DNA of 64,000 nt from Azolla caroliniana (GCA_043228905.1 JBHGNT010000008.1:6944001-7008000), one strand, 5' to 3'; positions 1 through 14,037 are shown, counted from the first letter of the stretch. Numbers and translations are program-made. Notes: a model not told the origin generated them from the letters alone.

Positions 1-2917
1 GTCCAACAAGTAACAACAAGAAGCAAGGCACAACAAACACAATGGGTCCGTCAAGCTGCAAAAGAATGGATCGAGAAAACTAATAACACGAACTTCGACC
101 CCATGAATACCGAGATGAAGGACATCACTATCGGTGCGTCGACTTCCTCAAAACCCATCGATTTGCTTGACGACGATCCAACCTGGCAAGCACTTACCAG
201 TTGCGAGGTATCAATGCCCCTAAATAAGCTCCTTCATTTGCTTCCACGGTTCAAGGACACGGTGGTATCCTTGATCACCGGAAAAGATCAGACAAACATG
301 CCCGTACATCTTGCCGAGTGAAGTGCAAGTCTACCACTCCCAGAACCCTGTCGTAAAGCTCATTATCGAAGGGTGGGATGTACACGGTTGCATTATCAAT
401 GGTGGATCTAGGGTGAACATCGGTAGTGAGGCCACTTGCCGAGCTCTGAACAATACCCATTGAGAACCGTGCCCATTTTGGCTACTAATGGCGGATACAC
501 GTTCCGTTCCGGCCGATGGGCTTAATCCGACACCTCGATTTCATTCTCGAAGGCCACACATTTACGATCTCGGTTGTGGTGTTACTACTGGACACTCCCA
601 GCGCCTACCCGATATTGCTCGGTCGTCCCTGGTTACGCAGGGCAGACATTAAGCAACACTGGTAGTGCAATATGATCTTCTTCCAGCGGGGGAAAATAAA
701 GGTACACGTCACCACGGAGGAGCCAATCCCCACCCCAAAGGACACCACTCCCTTATATGCTAAAGGTGTTCACATGCTCGACAGCCTAGCCGACAACGAA
801 GTCGATAGCTTCTTGGAGGATCACCCGAAGACTCTCCCGTTATTTGACATCAACATCATGGAAGCCATCAGTCCTTATGTTTTCGAGCCGGCGGAAGGGG
901 AGCAAGATATTGGCCGAGAACCTAATCTGAAATCGGTTGAAGAATTATGCCATGCATGTGAAGCACTCAAACGATAATTAGCCATTGCCCAACGTGTGAA
1001 GGCGTCTACACTAGAAGAAATCAATGTCGGTACTAGTGCGGATCCAAGACCGTTGAAAATAGCAAAGGAACTTGCCCACAACGAACGCTTAGCATTGGTG
1101 GGTCTGCTCACGGAGTATTAGGATGTCTTTGCGTGGTCATACAGCGACATGAAAGGGTTAGATACATGATACTACTAGCACTAAATCCATCTGAAGAAAG
1201 ATGGCACCCAACTTGTATCCCAATTACGTGGCAAAAGTCAAAGAGGAAATCAACAAACTCCTTCAAGTGGGGTTCATTCGATTCATCAAACGTGCCACAT
1301 GGCTAAGTCCTATCGTGGTCATCCCAAAGAAAAATGACAAAATAAGGGTTTGTGGTGATTATCGGAAGTTGAACGCGGAGATTATTACTAATGCATTCCC
1401 TCTCCCTTTTACGGATAGTGTGTTAGATGTCATGGTAGGCCACAAAAGATATAGCTTCCTGGATGGGTTCAGTGGTTACAAACAAATCCGCTTGCACCCT
1501 GATGACCAAGAAAAGACAACATTCATAACAGAATTGGGTGTTTTTGTGGCGGTCGTGATGATGTTCGGATTAAAGTCGGCGTCGGCCCCCTTTCCAACGA
1601 ATCATCGCCGAAATTTCCAACGACTGTATTCTGGCATTCATGCAAGTTTTCCTCGATGGTTTTTCCGTGTACAATCATCAAGTAGAGCATCTCAACCAAT
1701 TACGTCTCTGTCTCGATCATTGTCGACAAGCTCGGCTCAACCTGAACCCCGCGAAATACGCGTTCAACGTCTCTAGCAGTGCCTTGCTGGGGCATATCGT
1801 CCGCCAAGAAGGGATTGCTATGGACCCCGATAAAGTGAAGGTTGTATTGGCCGCTCCAGCCCTGACCATTGCGAAGGCTTTGAGCCAATTTTTGGGGCAA
1901 ATTAGATGGCATAGTCAAATGTTGTGTTATTTAGCCGAATTCGCGACACCACTACACACAACGGTACATCAAGTGCCCTTCCGATGGACGGAAAAGGAAG
2001 ACAAAGCTTACAAGGCACTCAAGATTATGCTATCTCATGCACCAGTTGTGCAACCTCCCAATTGGTCACTGACATGTTGACGCTTCCAACGTGGCTATCA
2101 AGAGTGCCCTCATGCAAATGAGGCCTCGAAACTGGTACCGGCTATTGTGCTACGCCAGCCAACGTCTCTCTACGGCCGAAATGAACTATTCGACCATGAA
2201 ACGCAAAGAAATCGGAATGATTTATACCATAACAAAGTTTTGGCACTATCTGCTTGCACGAAAATTTACGTTCCACGTCAATCACTCGGCCTTTCTATTT
2301 TTGGTCACCAAGTTGTCACTGGCAGATTGGCACGATGGATGCTACTTTTACAAGAATTCGAATTTCACATACACCATCGGCCAAGGGTACAGCACGCGGT
2401 AGCAGACTATCTGAGTCGACTCGAATCGGAGGAACCAGCAGAAACCGTGTACGACAATCTTCCCGATGTCGACATATTCGGCATCAACCTCACCATACAG
2501 CATGTCGAGTCCGAGGATGGATGGATAGACGACATGGTTCACTTCCTTAGCACGGGACTTCCACCCAAACACCTGCCTTGGATGCAAATAAGTGGTTAGC
2601 TATCAGAAGCCGAAATTTTTGTCTTGTGGCCGATACACTCTACCACAAGGGCTAGGATGACATCTGGTGCCGAGCAGTTCGGAAGTTCAAGAAGGACACC
2701 ATCCTTCGAGAAGCGCATTATGGGATAGCAGGAAGACACTATGGGGGAAACGCTATGGCTCGGAAAATTTGGTAGAGCGTCTTATGGTGGCCGACTACGC
2801 AAAAGGATGCTCACAAATTCTATCACCAATGCGATTTGTGCCAACGCATGGGGCAGCCTACCAAGCAAGCACAATGCCCCACCAACCAATCCTTCCGCTT
2901 GAACCATTCCAGAAGTA
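1..2917 (+). mobile_element. Decayed Ty3/gypsy LTR-retrotransposon gag-pol fragment (protease-RT-RNaseH-integrase N-terminus)
   Basis: Broken ORFs in gypsy order: protease-like IINGGSRVNI (~390), RT motifs WLSPIVVIPKKNDKIRVCGDYRKLN and FLDGFSGYKQI (1201-1776), RNaseH YASQRLSTAEMNYS and WMLLLQEFEFHIHHRP, integrase HHCC zinc finger (~2700-2850). Many stops and frameshifts; stops abruptly at PLEPFQK. Confidence 0.93.
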
Positions 2918-3145
2918 GTAAAAGCAAGAGAATATAAATCAAGAAGTAGCAAAAGCAAGAGAATATATATCCCTAATAAAAGCCAGAGTGCCAAAAAGTT
3001 CGAGATCTGTAGTATGAGAGTGAGAGGTACCGACTTTACTTGGTTTTTGTAATACCCATGAATCATCTATTCATTAATCAATTCCATAGACTTTTTGGGT
3101 TCATCCTTGTACCTGTTTCATCTTAAGTTTTATTGTGATTGTGTA

Positions 3146-3517
3146 CCGCGGTTTTACCGGTTTAACACGGTTTGTTGTTTTTTGTTTTTTTTTAAAAGAA
3201 AATTTAAAATTAAAAAATTTGTTTTTAAACAATCTTTTCATTTTCATGCCTTATTCTCACATTTTAAGAAAATCCTTAAAATTTTTAAAATTTAAATAAT
3301 GAAATATTTTTAAATTTTAAATTTTAAATTTTAATTTGATCTAAGCTAAAAACCGAAATCGAACCACGAAACCGTTGTTTTACCGGTTTAACGGCTTAAC
3401 AGTTTGAAAAAAAAAAAGGTTTGGTTTAACAGTTTCGTGGTTTGATTCGGTTTGGTTCAGGTTTCAAAAAAATTTAACGGTTTGGTTTGGACCCTCTCAA
3501 ACCGTTGCCAATTGTTA
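3146..3517 (-). mobile_element. Truncated hAT-type MITE (family A, TAACAATCGGCAAC TIR)
   Basis: Ends in AACCGTTGCCAATTGTTA and has AACCG/CGGTT subterminal repeats. Reverse-complement similarity to the copies at 13584 and 17073. The other terminus is missing. Confidence 0.75.
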
Positions 3518-4253
3518 TATATAAGGTTATAGGTTCAAGCCTTACAAAAGTCACTTGACATAATATTTGAATTTGTTTTATGTCATGAAGCAATTGATTC
3601 AAGACACCGCCAGTCAATCATAAAAAAACAAGTGTTCTTTCATATCAAACAATCCACTTCTTTTTCTTCGTCTATTTCTACTTGGAGTTTGGGAATGAGT
3701 GAGTGTGAGAGTGGAATTGGACCACCTCTCCTTCAACTTCTTCGATTCTTATTTTGGGCTTTCTCACCGCCACTATGCCATCACAATGTGTGGGCGAGTT
3801 CAATAAAAGAATCAAAGTTTCGTTACTAGTCAAGGAAGGACGCTCAAAATGGCATGACAGCACTACATCAACAAAAGGTGATGTTGTCATTGATGATAGG
3901 TGAGGCCTTGTCCATACTAGGAAGCTCAAATCTTCATTGAAAGCTTAACTGACATCATTTGTTAGCTTTACTTGTAGTCACCTTAATGACCATTGTTACC
4001 ATCATTTGTAAAGCCTAGAATAAGACGGAATTTTCTTGTTAGAAAAATTGTGTTTTGGTCTTAATCAAGGTTGTGTAGTGTTAATCTAGTTCAATTAGGC
4101 CTAACCCTATTCTTAATTGTTTGAGTGGCATGTCATGTGAGTCTCACAGAGAGTGTGTAACACGAAGCTAGTAGCAAGCATTCAGTCCAGATTGTGTAAC
4201 GCGAAGCTAGATAGCGAGCATTCAGTCCAACGAGCCCTCGAGTCTATTGAGCC

Positions 4254-4970
4254 TAGGGATCGGCAATGGCTCGGCGTAGGCTTGAGCTTGGTTAAACTGT
4301 TTGAGCTCAGTTTGACTTGGCTTGAGCCTTACCAAACCGGCTCAAACCGGTTAAGCTGTTTGTGTGGTTTACTAGTTAGGTTAGACAAAAACATGAAAGT
4401 TAGAAACTAGTTAGAAACATGAGAGAGAGAGACCGACTCACCGAGAGGAAGCCATAGCCAAAGGCAAGCACTGTTGTTGAATCAGAGACTACACAGACAT
4501 GAGAGAGGGAGAGGGAGGGAGGGAGGGAGCCTGTATAGTACATAGTGGATTGATTTGTGGGAGGAGGAGAGTAGGGAGGAAGAGAGAGAGGTTCATAGAG
4601 AGGAGGCCGAGTGAAGAAATCTCGGATTAAGGTGGCTATGGTGGCAAGGCCTAGGGCAAGCCATGCCCATGTGCTAGCAAGCAAGGTGTCTTGTAGAAGT
4701 AGGGAAATTGGCATGCATGTCTCTATAGCTATCAAATATTTGTATCTGAGATGGTGATGGTGGTAGTGGTGTTGATGATGATGTTGTTAGAGGTTGAGGG
4801 GAAGAAGAATAATGGCGAGGTTCCCAAACAGTCTCCCAAACCGGTTCACAAACCGGTTTAGGGATTGGTTTGGTTCAGGTTTGAAAGCCCCAAAATGGTT
4901 TAGGCTTAACTAGTTGGGTTTGGATAAGGCCAAACCGGTTAAGCCTAAACCAAACTGTTGTCAATCCGTA
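4254..4970. mobile_element. Non-autonomous hAT-like element with unrelated internal sequence (Pack-hAT candidate)
   Basis: Imperfect TIR TAGGGATCGGCAA...TTGTCAATCCGTA; degenerate 8-bp TSD ATTGAGCC/ATTGAGAA; AAACCGG subterminal repeats at both ends. Confidence 0.65.
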
Positions 4971-5197
4971 ATTGAGAACTTGAATCGAATCATTGATCCC
5001 GATCGTGCTATTTCATGTAAAGAGGAATTTACACAAGATAACCCACACAAGGGTTTTAAGTCTTCTCTCACGGCATCACGACCTCCTAGTTTAGGTTCCT
5101 TGCTATCCCACTCAAGTAGCACACGCACATGCCCATGAGGTGAGAGGTAGGGCTCCTACATGTGTAGATGCTTACATAAGTTGCATGAAGATGTTGG

Positions 5198-5231
<34 letters not shown>

Positions 5232-6649
5232 ATAGACATTGAAAACTATCGACCATGTGTAGTTTTTTCATAAATAAGACACGGTAAGTTAAAAACTCAA
5301 CTGATTGAAGTTAGTTTGAACCTTCCAACCCTATCTATATAAGTAGGAGGAACACTAGAGCTTGTAAAGCTACTAAGGGGTACATTGGTTATTTTTTTAA
5401 GATAAGCAATTGTAATATGTTGACCAAGGAGCTTGACCATCACACACTCTTTTGTATTGCCTCTCTCCCATTCTTTAATTTGAGCTATGTGTGAATACTT
5501 GTTCATGTCAAAAAGCAATAGATAACTCGCTACAAGTTGGTGGTGGTGGCTATGTTAGAGTACCACCAGAACTCCAAAATAAATCATGAGTCCATCTTTT
5601 GTTGTAACTACCTGTCTCTTATGGAGATTCAAATGCCAGGAAGGTTAGTAAAGAACTGCATGTAAAGTTAAAACAATGGCAAGGCATTAAGCCAAGTGTA
5701 AACCTCAATAAAGACAAGAATTTTACACATACAAAGACAGTGTGTCCTGAAATTATCTCTGATTTGTAATATGTTTAGAACCATGCTGATGAAATTGTTG
5801 TTCATTTGGTCAAAAAAGAAACACATTGCACATTAATGAGGCTGGAGAAATAAATAAAAATCCATGTCTGTTTGAAGCTAAATCAAATAATTAGACCAGG
5901 AAATGCTCATTCAGAACCAACATCGTGGTCTTCACATTTATATCATATCCCCTTTACATCAAGTAAACAAGCTTTTACATTTTTATGTAAAAACTTCAAA
6001 TAATCAATGAGTGGAGGGAAAGATTTGAGTTCCCAACCTAATGATGCCAAAAGCTGAATGAGAGGTGTTAGCTTTAATATCTTAGGCCATAAACTTCCAT
6101 AAATCTGTTTACATATATGCTAAAATCAAACATTGATGAAAGCTGAACTGTACGCTCTATACGCGAGCAACTTCTGGACTAGCAATGAGTTAGTGCTGAA
6201 TTTCTTTATAGTAACAACAGTGCAACAGCTCGATTTGTTTCCTTACTGATGGTAAATAAAAAGGATCTATTGCTCTTTACAAATGCTACAAATAACAAAA
6301 GCATTTTTTCATATCATTGCCGTCCCTCTTTCAGAAAAGAATTTGTTCCAATAGTCAGGCTATTGGAGTAATGATCACCCATCATTAAAACAGTAATCCC
6401 TCGGTGTAAAACTCTGATCACAAACATGGTTGTGTACAAAGAAGAACAAATTCCAGAGCACACTGCACATTGAGAGACTAAGGATCAAACCCTAAGAGTG
6501 CCAACCTCATATTTAACCAAAATTGATGAGGATTGGTTAATCAGAACTCCAAGCTTTGCAATTCCCGTCTATTTACCAAAAAAGAAAGCAAAATTCTTGA
6601 AGAGGATAACCCACCACCAATAAGGCACCATTATTCAATAACCAGTCAG

Positions 6650-9600
6650 TTACCGTAAAGTGGAATTACATTGATTTGTTCGGAAGGACTCCTGTGAGAG
6701 AAGTTTCAAGATGAGATTGTTGAACCTTTTGGCCCCAGAGCCAGGCTTAAGAAAAGTGAATTCTCCTCGCTCAGAGCAAGGGTCATTATTCTCTGTTTTA
6801 TTACCAACACACCACCCACCAGGAGTGAAATGATCCCGACGCCGACCAAGCAATTCCCGATCGATCCTATCAAGCACTGGATCATCTCTGTCAAATTTCC
6901 TTGCAAATGGAGCACCACTACTCTTCATTTTACCGAAATCTTTTGAGCTTAACACAAGTGGGTGTTGCTTCGGAGGAACATCCCATGCAATGTAATGTAA
7001 ATCATGATTCACTGTAGTATTTCTATACTCTCTTGCATTGCAGATTACAGTATGAAAGTAACCTTCAGGAGATGAGACGATATTTGCATAGTACATCAGA
7101 ATGGTACGAGGGAGATTATCCCAACCACGAACACAGTATTCAATAAAACTCCGTGTCAAAACAACCCAAGCTGAACCTGTAAAATTCATTTAATGAATTT
7201 AAGATACTTTTTTGATGTTTACATTGATATTTATTTTCATTCATATACATAAGAAGAGTGCAGTTCACTTTGAAGACAATAAAGTTTTTCAAGATCTCAT
7301 GGTTTTTCTACATCTTTACCTCTTAACAACAAAAACAAGCATATAGGATAAACACGGAATTGCTGGATACCACTCCAAGATAATGCATTTATGCTTTAGT
7401 TATAAAGCGTTATTATGAAAGCATTGTTTCAAACTACATGACATAGATAATGGAGGGCTTTGATATATGGAAATGTGATCAGTTTTTCTTTTGCAAAAAT
7501 ATTTTGCATATTTTGAGCTGCATGAAAATCAGTAACCATAAGTTTAAGGCATAACTGCAATAAACTGGTAATTTCAATTCCAGTTGCAATTATACGATAA
7601 AAAAACTGAGAAAAACACAGGTTATCACTTGTACACAAACAGCCAAACTAATGGCTACAGGGTATCAAATAGAAAAGCAATTTTGTTTATAGATGACAAC
7701 TAAAAGCTACCAAAAATAAACTAAAATTGCAAAAAGGGCACAAGTACAAATTGATCCAGATGTTGAATGCCAATGCTCACATACAAGCAGACTCAAATAT
7801 TACCTACAAACAGCTTGAATTTTCAATGCCTTATATTACTTCTACCCACACATAGCGTAAAGCAATAGACATATGGAGAAACTCCCAAGTAACCCTGCTC
7901 TTTTCATTATTTCCTCAAATGCCCCCTATTAACCAGTATTATAGCAATTATATCATGAATTCGTACCCTTTTTCTACCTTTCTAGGTTTGACCAAAAGCA
8001 TTTTCAGAAATAACAAAGAGTTGGTTGTATTTTAAGTTATAATGAAAAATGGGCAGAATTTCAGGTTTTCCATATTGATATCAAATTACCAACAAACAGC
8101 TTGAAAGCATTAGGCACTGCCCGGCGTTGAGAAACCAGAAAAACATCGGCCTTCTTTGACAAGTAGAGGCCAGGATCTATGATTATAGGCTTGACTCTTT
8201 GATATCTGTTAAATTAAAGTCTTTTTAAGTAAGCTAGTTTGAACAAGAATACAGCTTCATACAGCTTCATAATTGAGAGGGATAACTTACTCTTTCCACC
8301 CCAATTCACTGCTGTGTTCAATAAAGTTAAGATCCTTTGGTAGAAGAGATAGGCCATGTAGAAAATCTGCATTCGATACATAAGATGGAAGAAGTTCATA
8401 AGCTGCAAAGCCACCTTTAAAGAGAAATCCATCCATTGAATTTGAAGCTAGGAGGATAGGAAATAAACAAATGCATGTACGAAAATCAAGCCATTCTGAC
8501 CTTCAGAAAAATATGTATATTTAAAGGATAGTCAAGTTATACAAGTAAAATGCATGAAAGATGCTAAGCAGAATTAAACAAGTAAAACACATGGAAGATA
8601 ATAAACGAAGTTATACAAGTAAAATGCATGGAAGTTGCTAAGCCTCTTTGATTGATTGAGCAAATATATGCCATATACAGCCATCTTTACAGATAGAATA
8701 CATTTATGCCACATATCCATCCATCCTTATCGATAGAACACATTCATTCAATATTCAGATTCCAACCATCTTCAACAACAGGCCCATATATTGCCATATC
8801 CAGATATCTTCATTAATGTGGCACATATAAGCCATATTCATGAATAGAGTGCATATATGTCCTATCCACCTAGCTATATGAATAGAGCACATATAGCCAT
8901 CTTTACCAATAAAAGGAAATATATGTTGTATCCCTCTGTTTATATCAATAGAGCACATATCTTCATCTGTAATATCCCCCCGTTTATATCAATAGAAAAC
9001 ATATTTTTATCTAGCCATCAATATCACAGATACTAATCCCAAGAATATATGAGAAAAAATCTAATATATGCAAGCACTCACACAATAAAGACAATGAGCA
9101 AAGAAACCATGCCATCTTAAGCCAAAGGACTACACAGGCATATCATCTTTAGTGAAAAAAACAGACAAATGACAAGATCAAAAATACCAACCTTCCTTTA
9201 GTAAATAGAAGAGGCCAAAGAACAAAATCAAAAATAACATTGTTTATGACTCAAGGAATACATACCATCTTGAGTTACCAAAGGATAATCAGATGCACTG
9301 AGGTTGATGAACCAATCCCAACCTTTATCTTTCTTCAACAATATTGCAGCAGCATGAAGTGTACAAGTAATCATAGTAGGCCCTCTATAAGTAACAAGGT
9401 TAGCCTTGCTGATCACATCAACATTCCCAACCTCGATGAATGTAGGATGCAATTTCACATATCTAGCTAGATCAATCCTTTCTTTAGGTGGGGCTTCCAG
9501 GTCTAGATGTAGTATATACCGATTGTTCGGGTGATATATTGCTTGTAAAACTCGTTTCATCCTATGACCATCTCCTTTGGTACCAGAAATGAGATAAGCT

Positions 9601-9953
9601 AATCTCGGGATTGTGGTCATAGAACCTATCCATGTATCCATCGGAGATGGCATTGGAACAAAGGCATCTTTGTCATTGATACTGTGAAGATTCCGAATCT
9701 CTTGAGGATCTGTATCCTTCTCACCGACATTAAGATTCACATGATGCTTCGGATTCTTCTCGCCAAGATCCAGTTCCTTTTTTACTCTGTTGCTGCTGGT
9801 GAAGCTCTCAAATCGATGATTATTAGTAGTGGTAGTAGTATCCTTTATGTTCACCATAGCTGCCAAAATCAGTGTGAGAGAGATCATTGAGCTTGCAATG
9901 AAAGGGAAAATCCATGTCTTCTCAGTAACTTGGATCAGGGGTTTGGACTTCAT
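6650..9953 (-). CDS. Glycosyltransferase family 14 (Core-2/I-branching) beta-glucuronosyltransferase, GlcAT14-like; exons 9953-9266, 8366-8291, 8205-8090, 7176-6650
   Basis: N-terminal TM anchor; motifs RLAYLISGTKGDG, YHPNNRYILHLDLEA, WDWFINLSASDYPLVTQD, DLNFIEHS, IIDPGLY, GSAWVVLTRSF, SSPEGYFHTVICN, APFARKF. GT-AG introns keep the frame, with the 76-bp and 116-bp internal exons typical of the family. Confidence 0.95.
8530..9030. repeat. Degenerate tandem minisatellites in GT14 intron 1
   Basis: Repeated AAGTTATACAAGTAAAATGCATG (8535-8640) and ~35-bp ATAGAGCACATATAGCCATCTTTAC-like units (8660-9020). Confidence 0.6.
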
Positions 9954-10547
9954 AGCGGAAAATTATGGACAAGCCTTCAGTTTATGAAGGAAAAGCCCAT
10001 CAGGGTTTTGGACTTGATTATGAAAAAGATGAGTAAACTCTTCAATTTATGAACGAAACCTTCAGTTGCTGGAAAGAACCTTGAATTGGTGAAAAGAATG
10101 CTGAGTTTATGAACAAAATATCAAGTTGAGGAAGAAACCCCATGTCTTCTTTCTAACTTGGATTAGGGTTTAGGAGTTCATAGAGGAAACGTTTACGAAG
10201 AAAACCCATGGCTTTCTCTGTGGCTTTGGATGAGGGGTGCGAGGAAAGCGAGGAAGAAAGCGTCCGTGTTCCTAGCAATTCATGTCAACGGGATGCTTTA
10301 CACAGAGGTATAGGTAAGGGCATTCATTCCCTCTCAAAAAAGAGAGAGAAAAGACAAAGATACAGAGAGACAGAGTAGCTTCAAGGAAGCCATAGCCATA
10401 ATGTATGTACATATGTATGTAATCATCAGATCAGATAGTAAACACACAGACAGACCTAAATGTATCTGAAAACAAAACTTCTAATTCTTCTCCTTCTTCT
10501 TCTTCTTCTTTGATTTCTATTGGATCTCCGGCTCCATCTTTGCGGCA

Positions 10548-10612
10548 TCCATCCCGATCCGATCCGATCCGATCCGATCCATCCGATCAAAGATCCCGAT
10601 CCGATCCGATCA
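10548..10612. repeat. (CCGAT)n pentanucleotide microsatellite upstream of the GT14 gene
   Basis: Direct reading: cccgatccgatccgatccgatccgatcc... Confidence 0.85.
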
Positions 10613-11532
10613 GACTTTGTTTCCTTTCCCCCGATTCAGCCTGATAAATCCATGATTTCGTGCATTCCGATTGCTCATCGGTCGACCGACAAAATTCGAG
10701 ATCTGTCATACTTGGTATTGTATCAACATCTCATCCGATCCGACAGTAACCCAAGATCTAGCATGTATCGGCAAGTAAACGAGCCCGAGACTCCCAATAC
10801 ATGCCTACCATGGTTCTCATATCGCCCACAATATCCCACCCAAACTCTCATGGATTGCTTTTTCATTTCACACTCGCAATCTCGCCGGAAGAAACAGATC
10901 GTGTTACCTTTTTCCTCACATCCGGTCCCGGGGGCGTAGGCCATAGCTAGGCATCTGGGAGATGCTGATAGATGGATGCCTTTTATCCTTTTGATGTAAA
11001 AGTAGTGTCCATTTAGAACAACATTGTCACTACACAAAAAGAAGCCTAGCTTATGTAAAGAACCATCCACGTCCCTACTAGAGTCCAAAGTTCAAACCCT
11101 TTATAGGTGCTAGTAGTAAGCTCGGCTCATGTAAAGACAACTCATTTGAGGACAAGGTACCCACGAGAGCTCATTTGCGATAATTGTCGATTCGATTTTT
11201 CCCTTCACCTCTCATATTATATGAAGCCGTCTCGAACAACACTCGATTTCACTATAGACCCCACAACCTAAGGTAGTCAAACACTTTCTTAGGCAATAGG
11301 AATGTAAAGTTCTAGCCCCATTGAGTGTAAACTAATTGAAATGGTGATAAATGTATCTCAGTTGGCAAAGGCCCAAACTTGCAACGTGACAACCCAAATG
11401 GCTTTAAGTTGCTCGTTTAGCGGTATTTGAGTAGACTTAAGAGTGGCTTCATACCCACCCTTACTCGTCTCATCACCTCTCATAAACACTTGAAAATAAT
11501 GTAGGAGGTGAATCGCCTCTCACAAAACTCCT

Positions 11533-11870
11533 TGTTGAATATCCCGATCCTAGAGACGGACAAGCTAAGGTTGAAGAGAGATAGAGAAAAGCTAGAGAAA
11601 AGAAGAGGAAGAGAAAAGAATGTTATATTATATTATTAGAGGAACAATACAATCTTCTTAGCCCAAATACAAACACAACTCAATAGAACTCATTTTCTTT
11701 ATATGACTCTAAATGACAATAGACTTTCTTTCTTCCTTCCTTCTTCTACCAAGCCTCTTCTTACTTCTTGTAGACCTTCTTTTCTCCTCCCTATGGCTAA
11801 GAATACCCTCCTATTTATAGGTTTTTGGTCTAGTTATTCTTGCATTTAAATATATATATATATATACGCG
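11533..11870 (-). mobile_element. LTR-like remnant
   Basis: Starts TGTTG. The minus strand has CCTATAAATAGG (TATA box) followed by CT-rich leader-like tracts, as in plant LTRs. The other boundary and a TSD were not found. Confidence 0.4.
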
Positions 11871-12096
11871 AGTCTATGTGAGACATTTTTTATACCACTA
11901 TTTCTCCTCTATAATCCCAAATTTTTAATACAAGATATTTTTGGAAACCTCTCGTTGTCATCTTTTTTATGCATATTTTCTATGAACTTTTGGATTTTAG
12001 ATGAAGAAGTTATGAGCTTTTTTTTACCTATCTAGATCATTGTATCCTCGTCTTGCTTTTTTCTACTTTTCGATACTTTTGAAAAACGCCTCTAAC

Positions 12097-12381
12097 CATA
12101 GTACGTAAAATTCGTGTTCGTCTAGTATAACATTCGTTTTCCTACGTTGGAAAACGAATGCGAATGTTATCCAAACATTCTTGTGTTTTTTTTTTTGTTT
12201 TTTTCCCATTTTTTTAATGTTTTTTTTTGTTTTTTTTTCATTTTTAGGCTTATCTACCTCATAATAAATAGTTAATCCAAAAGTATGATATTTATCATTC
12301 TTTGAGGGTGTTTTTCTTTCGCGAATGATTGAATCATTCACGAATGCGAATGTACGTATGGTACGTATGGTTCATACTATG
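12097..12381. mobile_element. hAT-type MITE (family B, CATAGTA TIR)
   Basis: TIR CATAGTACG...CATACTATG; perfect 8-bp TSD CCTCTAAC (12089-12096 and 12382-12389); second copy inverted at 22059-22286. Confidence 0.9.
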
Positions 12382-13583
12382 CCTCTAACTTTATCCCTTC
12401 AAGTTCCTTCCTTTTTTTATTGTTATGATACTTGAACCTTTCATATCGCGCTTTATTCTTGGACATCTTAGCATCCAACATATTTGTAACAATCTTTTCT
12501 CATGAACAAAAATTGACTTCACAATTATAAAATATGTCAACCTTTTAGGCAATGAACAATAAGCACAACAAGCTAAGGAAGCCAAAACCTTAGGCTTGAA
12601 AAGACTATCCGGTGGAACCCTCTAAATGTTGAAGTCAATGTTTCACTCCTTTAACAAATAACCTAAAATTCTACGAGTATATAAGATAACTTATCAATAC
12701 TAGAAACATGTCGGCTTGGACACTGATTAGAACAACATATTGAACTTAATATAGAAGAGGTATTTAAGTAGATTCATCTTGCGAGAAATTAGAGTGCTAT
12801 GAGTTGGGTATGGTGAATTTATGGCCTCCGCTACCCTCAATAATGAAGAAATTTTCTAAACCACTAACTGAATAACTACCCTAGAAGTGGCAAGCTTTTA
12901 AGGTAGATGACATTAGTTTCATACTCGAAGTGATGATACCCACCATACTTGATACAACATTAGGAATTTGCATCATTATTTATGACTAGTTGAAGAAGTG
13001 TATTATGGGTTAGTTTAAAAATATGTGGTCATGGATTGGTAATCCATATTAGGCAGCCTTCTTTTTTATGCACTTTTTCCTGGTAAACTTGGACTATATT
13101 GGTTTTGTTTTCCTTTTTCATAAGAGTTTATTATGACCAAAGTCCATGACCAACTCACTTGCTCATAAGATAGGATGACCAAGGAGACAACTTGTTAGCT
13201 AGAAAATGTTCACGAGTCTCATTGAGGGTATGTATGTGCACCCCATCACATGCAAACTATAATTCAACCATGACTTGGGTACATATGCTAGCTACGATGG
13301 ATAAAATATACTACTCTATAGGCACCAATTATTGCAATGAAGATGGTTTCAACCTCAATGTTTTATGACAAACACCTTTCCTAACATTGAGCTTATTAGA
13401 GAAGAAGAATTGTCTCCACGATCACTCAAGAACTTCATCAAGATTCAATGGCTCCCATGTGCAAAAACAAATTCAAGAGCAAGAGAATTTCTTGGAGTGT
13501 TATGCAGAACTCATGTACCATGAGTGTAGATTAGTTTCATTTCTATACTTGATAAAACTATCTTTCTATCTCTAGATGTTTAG

Positions 13584-14037
13584 TAACGATCGGCAACGGT
13601 TCGGTTCGGTTTGAGAGTGTCAAAACCGAATCGTTTAAAATTTTGAAACTTGAACCGAACCACGAAACTATTAAATCGAACCATTTAAAATAATTCAAAC
13701 CGTTAAACCATTAAACCTTTAAAATCGCAATTTCGGTTTTCAACTTAGGTCAAAATTCAATTTTAAAATTTTAAATTATTTCATTTTTTTAATTTTTAAT
13801 TTTTCAAAATTTTAAAGATTTTCTCAAATTTTGAGAATAAGGCTTGAAAATGAAAAGGTTATTTAAAAGGAAATTTTAATTTAAAAATAATAATAAATCG
13901 TTAAAATGTTTAAACCGCAATTTCTAATTGTTGAAACCGAACCGAATCATTTAAAAAACCTGAATTTGAACCAAACTGTTTAAAAGCCGTAGTTTCGTGG
14001 TTTGGTTCAGTTCAAACCGAACCGTTGCCGAATGTTA
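13584..14037 (+). mobile_element. hAT-type MITE (family A)
   Basis: TIR TAACGATCGGCAACGGTTCGGTT...AACCGAACCGTTGCCGAATGTTA; perfect 8-bp TSD ATGTTTAG. Confidence 0.93.

Noticed and set aside
10520-11088. 139-aa and 121-aa ORFs upstream of GT14
   Set aside because: Built on the (CCGAT)n repeat and promoter sequence with non-ATG starts; no homology recognised.
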